Assembly (NCBI GenBank): GCA_963669175.1
Contig: OY769902.1
Span: forward strand, 4,736,001-4,800,000
Source: a bacterium
GTDB lineage: Bacteria > Electryoneota > Electryoneia > Electryoneales > Electryoneaceae
DNA: 64,000 bases
Direction: 5' to 3'
In this document: piece after piece, positions 9,896 to 19,532 of the stretch
Layout: every line of letters starts with the position of its first letter
Position numbering within the stretch: the first letter of the stretch is position 1
The notes under the pieces: generated by a model
Seen by the model: only the letters and a program-made list of their open reading frames with translations
Told to the model about the DNA's origin: nothing
Databases searched by the model: none
Translations under genes and position numbers: made by a program

Positions 9896-10226
9896 GGTTC
9901 CTCACAAGAATTTGTGCATATTATCGACGAGCACGTTTCGTCAGGTCTTGACGTGATGCCTTTTCTTGTTCTTCTCCGTAATTTCAGACATCTGTCCGAC
10001 TTCACACCTGCTATTTCACATGATAGATCATCATCAGGCATCATGTTGTGACCTGACGGCAGTGAGAGTACCGATACCGGTGGCAGGTCACAACGCGACA
10101 ATAACAGGACGAGAGGTGGTTTCAGTATCATATGCATTCAGAAATACATAGCGAAAGCCGAAAACGGAAAGTCGCGTCAAGACCTGCTACAAATTTGCCC
10201 GGATGCACAAATTCTTGTGAGGAACC
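9896..10226. mobile_element. MITE family 1, copy 1 (331 bp)
   Basis: 24-bp perfect terminal inverted repeat ggttcctcacaagaatttgtgcat; homologous to 28163-28494 and 32849-33181; no 8-bp target duplication (only gtta). Confidence 0.88.
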
Positions 10227-10287
10227 GTTATTTTATAGAATTAATCTCAATATATATACTATTGATAGTACTTAAATACCAGACATT

Positions 10288-10327
10288 CAATTCCTAATTA
10301 CTAATTACTAATTACTAATTACCAATT
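10288..10327. repeat. 7-bp tandem repeat (taattac / taattcc)
   Basis: About 5 units; related array at 58990-59055. Confidence 0.75.
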
Positions 10328-10351
10328 CCCCATCCTGTACATCCCGTAAAT

Positions 10352-10386
10352 AGAAAAAGCGGGTGACTGCTTTCACAGTCACCCGC
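10352..10386 (-). terminator. Rho-independent terminator of the 2590-aa gene
   Basis: GCGGGTGACTG-tgaaag-CAGTCACCCGC followed by TTTTTCT on minus strand. Confidence 0.85.
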
Positions 10387-10434
10387 AGGGTTTGCTTGAT
10401 CAGCTTCGACGAATCGAAGCCTGTAATCAGCCGA

Positions 10435-13400
10435 CTATTTCACCAGAACCATCTTCTTCATGGAGGTAAACGGTCCGGCTTCGATCCGGTAGAAGTACAC
10501 GCCGGAGGCCATCGCACGCGCATCAAAGCTCACGGTATGATAACCGGCTTCCATACGGTTGTTGACCAAATGCATGACTTCCTGACCCAGAACATTGTAC
10601 ACGGCCAGTTTCACATCCTGCGCTTCAACCAGGGCAAACCGAATATTTGTCGTCGGGTTGAAGGGGTTCGGGTAGTTCTGATGCAGCGCGTATTCGACTG
10701 GAAGCTGTTCAGTCTCTTCGATGCTGTTGTACAGTTCGACGTTGATATCGACTGACGGTGCATCATCCCAGTACGGACCGTGGAAGAAGGCATGGAAGAC
10801 GAATTCATCGCCGACTCCATAACCTTCACGTTCGTCTTCAGGGATAAAGAAGCTGACGCCAATGTTGACTTCTTCTTCCGGTTCAAGTACGCCTTCACTC
10901 GGGTCGAGGACCAGCCACGGAATCGGCTTGGCGTAACCTTCCCAGATATCAACCTGGGAGCCTTCTGCCGCGATCAGGACAGTAGTAATGTCCATGCTGC
11001 CGGAATCATAACCGTCAGAAATTGACATACCGCCGGCCTTGCCTTCTTCCGGATCGTACACCATGACCGGTTCCATATCGAAGATGTTGGTTTCAGGGTT
11101 GTAGCGATACATGTAACCACCCTGATTGTCTTCGTTACGGGACAGGGTCCAGATGTTATAGCCGGAATCATCCATCGACATGTAAGCCATACCAACGGCC
11201 TGACCGGTCTGCCACAGGCTGTCCGTGGTCAGGTCAAAGAGGCTGTCCGTAGTCAGGTCTACCATCACAAAGAAGGTATCCCAGTTACGGAAGAATATGT
11301 TGTCGTTGTCGTAGTCGTACGCTACAGCGGTCGGACGGAAGCCGATGTTCCCCATGTTCTCATACGAGCTGAAGTCGCAGGAGAAGACGAAGATTTCACC
11401 GTCGCCGTTACCGCCGAGGAACATGTTCGACGCCGGATCGTAGGTGATGTCGTAGAAACCACGACCGTCGCTGCCAACCATCTCTTCCGGATACGGATAG
11501 GCTTCTTCAAGGTTGCCATCGTGGTCAAACATGTACAGCATGTTGTCGCCACGGACCGGGTCAATGTAGGTAGCGTTGACAACCAGGCCGGCCTCTGTGA
11601 ATACGGCCGAGAAGATACCGTAGTTGTCGGTGGCTTCTGTTACAGAATAAGAATCCAGCCAATCCCACAGTTCATCCAGTTCGTTTCCGATGGCAATCGG
11701 ACCACGCGGGAACGGGTTGGAGATAGCGTCAACGTCGCCGTTGACCTTGCGCATCATGCGACCATTGCGGCGTGTCTGCGGTCCTGCCAGTACACCACGC
11801 TCGCCGAAGCTCCAGTCACGGCCCTTGCCGCTGTAGACCTGGCCTTCTTCATCCTGTGTTACGTAGCTGTCCCACTCAAGCGTACCGCCACCAACACTTT
11901 CAAGGGAGAATTCACCAGCGCCTTCCCAACCGGAATGCAGATCGACACGGATTTCAATCGCATCTTCGGAAACTGCCCCTTCCGGATCGTACATGATGGC
12001 GTCTACTGTGATGACGTCATCTTCTACCGGCTGGACATCTTCAACAGAAGTCGGCCAGAAGTTGTCATGTTCGTACCAGAGGGTGTAGGCGAAGTTGGCA
12101 TCGATGTCGCTGAAGGAATATTCACCTTCCGCGTTCGTGTAGGTAAAGGTCATCGGATCGTTTTCGAAGTAAACCATGACGCCCTGTACGGCTTCTTCGT
12201 TTACATCGGTCACGGTACCTTCGATATCACCGACAGCTTCAGGCGGAGTGCCGTAAAGCTCCAGGTCATCAATGGCAACGCCGAAGTATTCATGGGTGAC
12301 TTCATCAGCAGCATGCTGAATCCTGAATTGCAGGTAGGTCACTTCATCTTCGTTGTAGTAATCGCCGAGGAAGAAAATAACCTGTTCCCACGTTTCCGGT
12401 TCTTCCGAGAAGCCCGGCTTCTTGACATCAAAGGGTTCAACAAATGCTGTCAGTGAATGGAGACTGTCAACAGGATAACCGCCAATCGGCTCGATGATCT
12501 CCCAGGTTTCGCCAAAGTCCGGTGAAACCATGACGTTGTAGCCATCCCACGGATCACCTGCGGCTTCGTATTCAACCCAGTGGTAGTACGAGAGTGCTGC
12601 TGTCGGGGAAAAGATCGCAAAAGGATCTGTCACCATCGCGTCAGCATATGAATCGTACAGGTAGTCTGTTGCCAGACCAGTTGCGTAAACATTGTCGCCT
12701 GTATACGCGGCCAGCGGACCGGCAGTCGGCGCTCCGACTTCCCAGATGGTTGAATCCTGCCATGCAGGCATGTTGAACGGATCCAGGTCACCTTCTTCGA
12801 AGCTGGTGGCGAAGGACGGTGTGCCAAGCAGACCTGTTGACAGGGTTATCGCGACACCGGATTCAAGCGGAACTTCGTCAACCGCTGTTACCCAATAGAT
12901 CAGGATACCACTGACATCTTCGCCAAGTTCATCATTGTAGGTGACGACATCGGCGGCAACTTCATCGAGTACCACACCATTACGATAGACAACGTACCCT
13001 GCCAGGTCGGTAAGTTCCGAGCCATCCTCATTGGTGGTCGGCGCAGTCCAGTTCAGGGTGATTGTGTTACCATCAATCGAACCTTCCAGATCCGGGACCG
13101 GGGAAGGCGCAACGCCGAACATGGTTGTGTAGGTTTCGGAAGGATCGGATTCAACGCCATCATCACTGACTGAGGTGGCGTAATAATCAACATCCATACC
13201 TTCGAATTCGCTGCCTACGTCGATGAAGTTTACCCAGATCGTTGTGGGTTCTTCAAAAGCGGAGACGAATGTTTCGCCATCCGTCGAATAGTAAATGTTG
13301 AAGCCGTAGAACTCATCGAGTTCGTTTGCAATACCGGCATACGCAGTGCTGGTCAGATGCGGCTGCGTGTAGGCGCCATCAATAAACTCGCCAAGCTCGA

Positions 13401-16400
13401 AGGACGCACGGAGCTGGCCAGTCTGAACACCCATGCCATGAACCGGTTCTTCAACCTGGGATTCCGGCATACCGAGCGTAACCATCTCACCACCGCTGGT
13501 AACCATGGTCGCGCGAATCAGCGGGTCACCGCTGCTAGAGCCGGTCCAGGACTCACCACCATTGGTAGTATAGGCAAGCGCGTAGTAGTTGTTCACGCCA
13601 TCTACATACAGCGGTTCAAAGTATTCGCTGTCGTAGGTGTAGTACGCTACCCAGAAACCATCTGCCGGAACAGTGATCATCGGGTTCGCATGGTTCCAGG
13701 GATCGTCAGCCGAGTTGACTGTCGGATCGGATTCATACAGCAATGCGCCCGGAAGTCCGCCATCGTCCGCAAAGACACGAATCACGATATCCCAGTATTC
13801 ACCGGCCAGGTTTGGATAGTTCGGGTAATCCCAGGCCCAATCGCCTTCAGCGTTGTTACGAATATCGGCCTGGACCAGGACACCTTCACATTCCGGATAG
13901 AAGGGAACGGCAAACATCATGTCTTCACTGGGGGCGCCATTCAACCAGGTAATCGACCCCATGTTGACACCATCATCATACTGCATGGTGACCAGCTCAT
14001 CCATATAGATGCCAGGAGGAGTTGTAACAAGGTCAAAACCTGTATCATGAGCGTTGAAAGTGCTGCCAACATTCGGCGGTGTGCTGTCATCAATCATGCC
14101 AAGCACGACATCCGCCTGGACAACATACTGATCTTCAGCAAATGTGACACCATCATTGCTACCGGGCAGATAGCCGGTTGCCATCACATCCACATCGAAG
14201 GTTAGAGCACGGTCAAACATGTTGGTGAATTCGTAGTAGCCAACTTCGTTGGTCATGGTGGTGTATGATTCACCATCATCAACGCAAGTTACTACGACGA
14301 CAGCGCCACTTACGAACTGACCTGGAGCATAGGAAACAAGACCCCAGATTGTGCCGCCCGGCTCGAGCCCCATATCCTGTTCCATGATATACTGCTCTTC
14401 GCCGAAGTTCATGTTGTAGTGGTTGCCTTCGAGGTAACCGTCCGCCATGACAGCCATGGCGTAAGGACCGGCATCCCGACCGAACATGCGTTCGAACATG
14501 TAATACCCATCCTCATCGGTATAGGTCATCCATGTATCGTCGAGATCGTTGTTGCTGATCATCACAACAGCGTTGGCAATCGGGTCGCCGGAGTTCATGT
14601 CGGTAATGATACCGGTCATGGATCCAAGCGGCTCCATTTCGATATCGGTTACAGCTTCGAATTCCTCTTCATCCCAGGTAACGCTGTCGGCATAGGCTGT
14701 AAGGTAGCCTTCCGCATTAACGACCAGATCGTAGTCACCGAGATCAAAGTCGACCAGGATACGGTAGAAACCGTCCCCATTACTGGTTCCCATGAAGGAA
14801 TCATCCAGTTCCGGGGAAGATGCAACAACTTCAGCGTCGGCAACAGGCTCACCTGTGATCATGTCTGTCAGTGTACCCGTCAGGGCAGCCCACTGACCAA
14901 TCGGCGGCTGCTGGTAGAAGAGAAGCGACATCTCATTTACCAGATCGTTCATGTCAAAGATAAGCGCTTCGGTGCCATCCGTGTTCTCTATACCACCCAA
15001 CGCGTTTGCACGGAAGTAATAGATCCAGTCATCAGCAGCCTGGAAGTTGAACAAAATCGTGTTGTTTTCACAATCCAGTACGATTTCGTAGTCGAAACGG
15101 TAATCTGTGTTACCACCATAGGGACGGAGGCGATACTGGATGATGACTTGTTCGTTATCTTCATCAACATAGTACCAGATACCGCAGTCGTCACCGGCTA
15201 CACCGGCATGATAGTCACCGTTACACGGAACCAGCGTTGCATTCGGTTCGCTTGTGCTCGGTAATGTCACACCGATTGTATTGCTTGTGAAGTTGGTAAA
15301 ACTGAACCAACCATTACTGCAAGCGCCAAAGCTTGAATAAGTTACACCGTAGTATTCAAACTCGAGCGGTGAGAAGGAGACTTCACCCGAGTTTGAATCG
15401 TCGCCAGACTCAAGGGCAATCGAACCAAGTCCGTCATTGGCCGGATTAATTTCAATCCAGTCATATTCCGCTGCATCCATGACGTAACCTGATTCAGTTG
15501 AAGGCAACGGCCGGGTTGTGGCTTCTTCAGACCAGACATAAACACCGTAACCGTAGTCGGCAGCGACACGGAATGTACTTTCCTGTCCCCAAGCTAAACC
15601 GGAAACTGTGAATTCGTTGGTTCCCGCAGGAACGATTGTATTTGCCAGCATTCCGTTGACTTCAATCACTGTGCCCATGAAGTCATCAATTGAATCAAGT
15701 TCGTCACCAACCGCGAGACGACGTTCCAGGCGGGCGGCGTTACGAATCAGGATGTCCAGCGCTTCCTGTTCCTGAGCCAGCTTGGCAGGAGCCGTTGCCT
15801 CATTGCTGTTTTCCAGCATGGCAATATTGGCTCTGTGTTCTGCGATCTGGTCGTCAAGAATCTGGAGAAGTTCCGGAACCACGTGGTTTGCCGGATCAGT
15901 CCAATAAAGGGTGACATCCGGAGAATCTGTGGTCCAGTTGGTGGTCAAGTCCTGCGGCGCCATGATTTCTTCAAGTGTAAAGGTGAATTCATTGTCACCT
16001 TCCACAACACTTTCGTAGAAGTAATCATCGTGGAAAAGGACATCACCTTCAAAGACACCATCAACATGGAAGGTATACGGGCCAATACGGAAATCATCAT
16101 CTCCGATATCATCGCCGAAGAAGAATTCACCGTCTTCATCCGTAACCGCCGTCATGCCAGTCAACATCTCAGTAATGGTGACACCGGCAATAGCTCCACC
16201 ATCAACATCTTCCACGACACCGTAAACAGCGCCCCAGATGTTGATCAGGGTCAGGGTAACATCAACGGTTGTAACAACGCCAGATTCGACATCGACGTCT
16301 TCTACCGAATCATCGTTATATCCGTATGCAGGTTCAAAAACGACGTCATACATGCCTGGCTGTAACCCAGTAAAGGTGTAGTAACCGTCGTCACCAGTTA

Positions 16401-18207
16401 TGTAGGAAGCCAGGACGTCAACGCCATCAGCTTCATACAGGCTAACCTGGCAGTTGGTGTTGGTGCCGCCATCTTCTGCATATACAGTACCTTCGATTGT
16501 TCCCGGAGGAGGTGTACCGTAGATGCAGATATCATCAATCGCTGTGCCGAAATAGCTTGTAGCGTAAGATGAATAATAGTAGTCGTATATATGGCGGAAC
16601 TGGATGTAAATGTTCTGGCCATAGTATGCACTCAAATTGGCTACATATTCTGTCCAAGGGCCATTATTCGAAGCCCTGGTGTCTTCGTAGTTAGTATAGG
16701 AGTTGTTGTTGTTGTAGGGAGGATTGATCGGGACCATGGTCCAGTTTACGCCATCGGTAGAAGCACGAACCTGGAAACCACCATAGTACCTGTCGTAGTA
16801 GCTGTAGTAATAGTGGTCGTCCCATGCCCAGAAAGTCATCAGGGCGTTGGGGTCCGTGATCTCAAACGTCCGGGTGCTTGTCATCATGGTGAAGGAATCA
16901 TACCCGTAGGAGAATCCTGCATCCAGATCCGTTGCCCAGACATTATTGCCACTATGTGCTTCGGTTGGCCCCATGTATGATGTGGGAACGCCCCATTCCC
17001 AATCAAACATTGTGCCGTTCGGATCCAAAGTCCAATCGCCGGGGTCGGATTCGAAATCTTCCGAGTAGCCAAGCGGTGGCATGGCGTACAGGTCAAAGCT
17101 GGCATAGTTGTTACCAGCGGAAACAACGATACCATCTTCAGCGTAAGAAACGTAGTTTTCTGCCGAAACCGTTGCATTGTAAATGTTCGAATAGATGCCC
17201 ATCATGGCATAGGCGCCACCGTCACCGGTCACCGCAGTGAACCCGCCAAGTCGAACAACCGCCCCGGAAACCGGGTTGCCCGTTTCGGCATCCATCACAA
17301 AGCCGAAAACATTGGCGTCTGGTTGAGGCGCGACATACAGGACTGTGTATTCTTCACCGGTTACCGGCAAGTCGCCAGTGCCATTGTAGAACCACTGTGT
17401 ACCCATCGTTCCATCGGAATTCTCAATCCCAAGGGTCACAGAGGTGCTCATGGTGGTGCCGATATCCTGATACTGTACCACGATGTTGCCATTTTCCAGC
17501 AGGATAAGTTCGGCATCGACCGAACGTGCATCCGAACCGGATGATCCGTATTCGGAAATGTGCTGAACTTCCACAACAAGTGCAGACATTCCATCTATTT
17601 CAACGACATCATAGTAGGCCGCGCTGGCACGCGTACCACCAGTGTACCCCATGTGCATGTCACGCTGCCAGAAGGCGATATAATCGTCCGGGGACCCCGC
17701 AGAAGGGATGGCATAATGGCCAGTGCTTGTATACGGGGTGCTGAAATAAATCGAACCGTTCGAACCGAAGGAGAAGGAGGTCTTTCCTTCGCCATAGAAC
17801 GGGAAGCTGAAGTTATCGGGGAAATCGAACGGGCCCGCATAACCGTCATCCAGACTGGTATAACCATCGATCAATGTACCGCCATTATTCTCAAGATCGA
17901 TCCAGTTGAATGCCCAGCCTTCTTCCTCTTCCATGTTGTAGGCATAGTAACCGAAACCATCTGGACCCATATACTCGTCCAGTTCATCCGGCTGGTTACC
18001 AATGTGCAAAATGAACCCTGTATCATGCAGCAATTGCATCTCGTGCGGCATCAGTTCCTGACCTGCCTGATAACGCTGATACAGCTCTTCCGCATGAGCA
18101 TACATATGCTCTTTTGACATGTCGTCAAAGAGGGAAGTATCCGCAAAAGCGCCACCACACAAGACAAGAAGAAGCAACAGGGCAAACACCCATGAAACAT
18201 TCTTCAT
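10435..18207 (-). CDS. Giant acidic multidomain secreted protein (carboxypeptidase-regulatory-like repeats, beta-sandwich/MAM-like and FN3 domains) with T9SS-type C-terminal domain
   Basis: 2590 aa ORF with RBS aaaggag, signal peptide, repeated G.(I/V).G.V.D..G.P...A.V units, WEWGVP..GP..AHSG..VWAT motifs, NYPNPFNPTT tail. Confidence 0.9.
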   Translation of the reverse strand: MKNVSWVFALLLLLVLCGGAFADTSLFDDMSKEHMYAHAEELYQRYQAGQELMPHEMQLLHDTGFILHIGNQPDELDEYMGPDGFGYYAYNMEEEEGWAFNWIDLENNGGTLIDGYTSLDDGYAGPFDFPDNFSFPFYGEGKTSFSFGSNGSIYFSTPYTSTGHYAIPSAGSPDDYIAFWQRDMHMGYTGGTRASAAYYDVVEIDGMSALVVEVQHISEYGSSGSDARSVDAELILLENGNIVVQYQDIGTTMSTSVTLGIENSDGTMGTQWFYNGTGDLPVTGEEYTVLYVAPQPDANVFGFVMDAETGNPVSGAVVRLGGFTAVTGDGGAYAMMGIYSNIYNATVSAENYVSYAEDGIVVSAGNNYASFDLYAMPPLGYSEDFESDPGDWTLDPNGTMFDWEWGVPTSYMGPTEAHSGNNVWATDLDAGFSYGYDSFTMMTSTRTFEITDPNALMTFWAWDDHYYYSYYDRYYGGFQVRASTDGVNWTMVPINPPYNNNNSYTNYEDTRASNNGPWTEYVANLSAYYGQNIYIQFRHIYDYYYSSYATSYFGTAIDDICIYGTPPPGTIEGTVYAEDGGTNTNCQVSLYEADGVDVLASYITGDDGYYTFTGLQPGMYDVVFEPAYGYNDDSVEDVDVESGVVTTVDVTLTLINIWGAVYGVVEDVDGGAIAGVTITEMLTGMTAVTDEDGEFFFGDDIGDDDFRIGPYTFHVDGVFEGDVLFHDDYFYESVVEGDNEFTFTLEEIMAPQDLTTNWTTDSPDVTLYWTDPANHVVPELLQILDDQIAEHRANIAMLENSNEATAPAKLAQEQEALDILIRNAARLERRLAVGDELDSIDDFMGTVIEVNGMLANTIVPAGTNEFTVSGLAWGQESTFRVAADYGYGVYVWSEEATTRPLPSTESGYVMDAAEYDWIEINPANDGLGSIALESGDDSNSGEVSFSPLEFEYYGVTYSSFGACSNGWFSFTNFTSNTIGVTLPSTSEPNATLVPCNGDYHAGVAGDDCGIWYYVDEDNEQVIIQYRLRPYGGNTDYRFDYEIVLDCENNTILFNFQAADDWIYYFRANALGGIENTDGTEALIFDMNDLVNEMSLLFYQQPPIGQWAALTGTLTDMITGEPVADAEVVASSPELDDSFMGTSNGDGFYRILVDFDLGDYDLVVNAEGYLTAYADSVTWDEEEFEAVTDIEMEPLGSMTGIITDMNSGDPIANAVVMISNNDLDDTWMTYTDEDGYYMFERMFGRDAGPYAMAVMADGYLEGNHYNMNFGEEQYIMEQDMGLEPGGTIWGLVSYAPGQFVSGAVVVVTCVDDGESYTTMTNEVGYYEFTNMFDRALTFDVDVMATGYLPGSNDGVTFAEDQYVVQADVVLGMIDDSTPPNVGSTFNAHDTGFDLVTTPPGIYMDELVTMQYDDGVNMGSITWLNGAPSEDMMFAVPFYPECEGVLVQADIRNNAEGDWAWDYPNYPNLAGEYWDIVIRVFADDGGLPGALLYESDPTVNSADDPWNHANPMITVPADGFWVAYYTYDSEYFEPLYVDGVNNYYALAYTTNGGESWTGSSSGDPLIRATMVTSGGEMVTLGMPESQVEEPVHGMGVQTGQLRASFELGEFIDGAYTQPHLTSTAYAGIANELDEFYGFNIYYSTDGETFVSAFEEPTTIWVNFIDVGSEFEGMDVDYYATSVSDDGVESDPSETYTTMFGVAPSPVPDLEGSIDGNTITLNWTAPTTNEDGSELTDLAGYVVYRNGVVLDEVAADVVTYNDELGEDVSGILIYWVTAVDEVPLESGVAITLSTGLLGTPSFATSFEEGDLDPFNMPAWQDSTIWEVGAPTAGPLAAYTGDNVYATGLATDYLYDSYADAMVTDPFAIFSPTAALSYYHWVEYEAAGDPWDGYNVMVSPDFGETWEIIEPIGGYPVDSLHSLTAFVEPFDVKKPGFSEEPETWEQVIFFLGDYYNEDEVTYLQFRIQHAADEVTHEYFGVAIDDLELYGTPPEAVGDIEGTVTDVNEEAVQGVMVYFENDPMTFTYTNAEGEYSFSDIDANFAYTLWYEHDNFWPTSVEDVQPVEDDVITVDAIMYDPEGAVSEDAIEIRVDLHSGWEGAGEFSLESVGGGTLEWDSYVTQDEEGQVYSGKGRDWSFGERGVLAGPQTRRNGRMMRKVNGDVDAISNPFPRGPIAIGNELDELWDWLDSYSVTEATDNYGIFSAVFTEAGLVVNATYIDPVRGDNMLYMFDHDGNLEEAYPYPEEMVGSDGRGFYDITYDPASNMFLGGNGDGEIFVFSCDFSSYENMGNIGFRPTAVAYDYDNDNIFFRNWDTFFVMVDLTTDSLFDLTTDSLWQTGQAVGMAYMSMDDSGYNIWTLSRNEDNQGGYMYRYNPETNIFDMEPVMVYDPEEGKAGGMSISDGYDSGSMDITTVLIAAEGSQVDIWEGYAKPIPWLVLDPSEGVLEPEEEVNIGVSFFIPEDEREGYGVGDEFVFHAFFHGPYWDDAPSVDINVELYNSIEETEQLPVEYALHQNYPNPFNPTTNIRFALVEAQDVKLAVYNVLGQEVMHLVNNRMEAGYHTVSFDARAMASGVYFYRIEAGPFTSMKKMVLVK

Positions 18208-18876
18208 GTGGTTACTCCTTTTAACAATTTTACCCGACGTAGGAAACTTGTTCTGGACGAACCGTAGGAAGAAGTATGGTAAGCTGTGCGAAATGTATGA
18301 TGCGGGTTAGCAGATCAGTCGTCCACCCAATGCAGCAATCAGTATAGCTGTGTCGCCAAAGACCTCCCGGGTTACCCCTAAGTTTGGTTAACTATCATCA
18401 ATCTATAATCCCTTCCGAAGGTCTCCCGTCGAACGGAAGACTCGCTTGCCTCCTGATTCTTGGGCGGGTCAAAGCTGGCAGTGTTCTTTTACCCTGTACT
18501 GGACAAGGCTTTTCCTAGTTTTATAATTTCGCGTTCAAGCTACGCAATGTCAAGACTTCCAGAAATCAGACAGCAATTTCGAAATTTACCAAAAATTGTA
18601 AGTTATTTTTTAACTCTTGAGGTAATTTTTTATTTCTTAAACTTTTACGTTTTTATTGTTGGATGAATACCTATGTCCCGTTTTTTAAAAGCCGGAGTAG
18701 CTATAAAGGTTCGTGGAGGTTAACATGGATAGCATGATTCACTGGCATCAACAACGAGATACTCAATGCCTCATAACAGGGAAAAGACAATGATGCCGAA
18801 ATCCCCTGCCAACAATATGATTTTTACGCGGAATCAGGATAGCCGACCAGCGGACCGATTTACATGGATTGATCCA

Positions 18877-19437
18877 CTATACTTCCATAATTTCTTCTGT
18901 CTTCGACTCGAGACGTTTGTCAATATCAGCAACATGATCATCCGTCAGTTTCTGAATATCGTCCAGAAGCTTGTACATGTTGTCTTCAGGAATTTCACCG
19001 TCTTTCTGAGCTTTTTTCAACTGCTCATTGGCATCTCTGCGCACGGCTCGAACGGATTGCCGGGCCTCTTCAGCCATCTTGTTGACCATTTTACTCATGT
19101 CTTTTCTGCGTTCTTCAGTCAACTGGGGGATGTTGATGCGAATGACGGTACCGTCATTCACGGGATTGACACCCAGATCAGAAGTGAGAATGGTTTTCTC
19201 GATATTGGGAATAGCGTTTTTGTCGTAGGGCTGGATGATAACAAGTCGTGCTTCAGGGGTCAGAATGTTGGCAACCTGCTTCAGGGGCATTTCTGAACCG
19301 TAAAGCTTCACGACCAAACCGTCGAACATGGCTGTACTGGCTTTTCCCGTACGCACCTTCGAGTATTGTTCCATCAGGTGCTGCACCGATTTGTCCATCC
19401 GGTCTTCGGTTTCAAGCATCAACTCATCGACATCCAT
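18877..19437 (-). CDS. frr: Ribosome recycling factor
   Basis: RTGKAS, PLKQVANI, NPVNDG, IPQLTEERRK motifs; 186 aa. Confidence 0.97.
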   Translation of the reverse strand: MDVDELMLETEDRMDKSVQHLMEQYSKVRTGKASTAMFDGLVVKLYGSEMPLKQVANILTPEARLVIIQPYDKNAIPNIEKTILTSDLGVNPVNDGTVIRINIPQLTEERRKDMSKMVNKMAEEARQSVRAVRRDANEQLKKAQKDGEIPEDNMYKLLDDIQKLTDDHVADIDKRLESKTEEIMEV

Positions 19438-19532
19438 GACTTACTCCGTGTTGTCCGTAATGAATGGGGAAATATGCGATGAAGAGTTGCGGAAAACAAG
19501 GGCGCTGACCGTTGAGTACATGTTTTCAAACG

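Noticed and set aside
9856-10151. Small ORFs within MITE-1 copies (also 28169-28423, 32894-33225)
   Set aside because: Frames and ends are not conserved between copies; no transposase motifs
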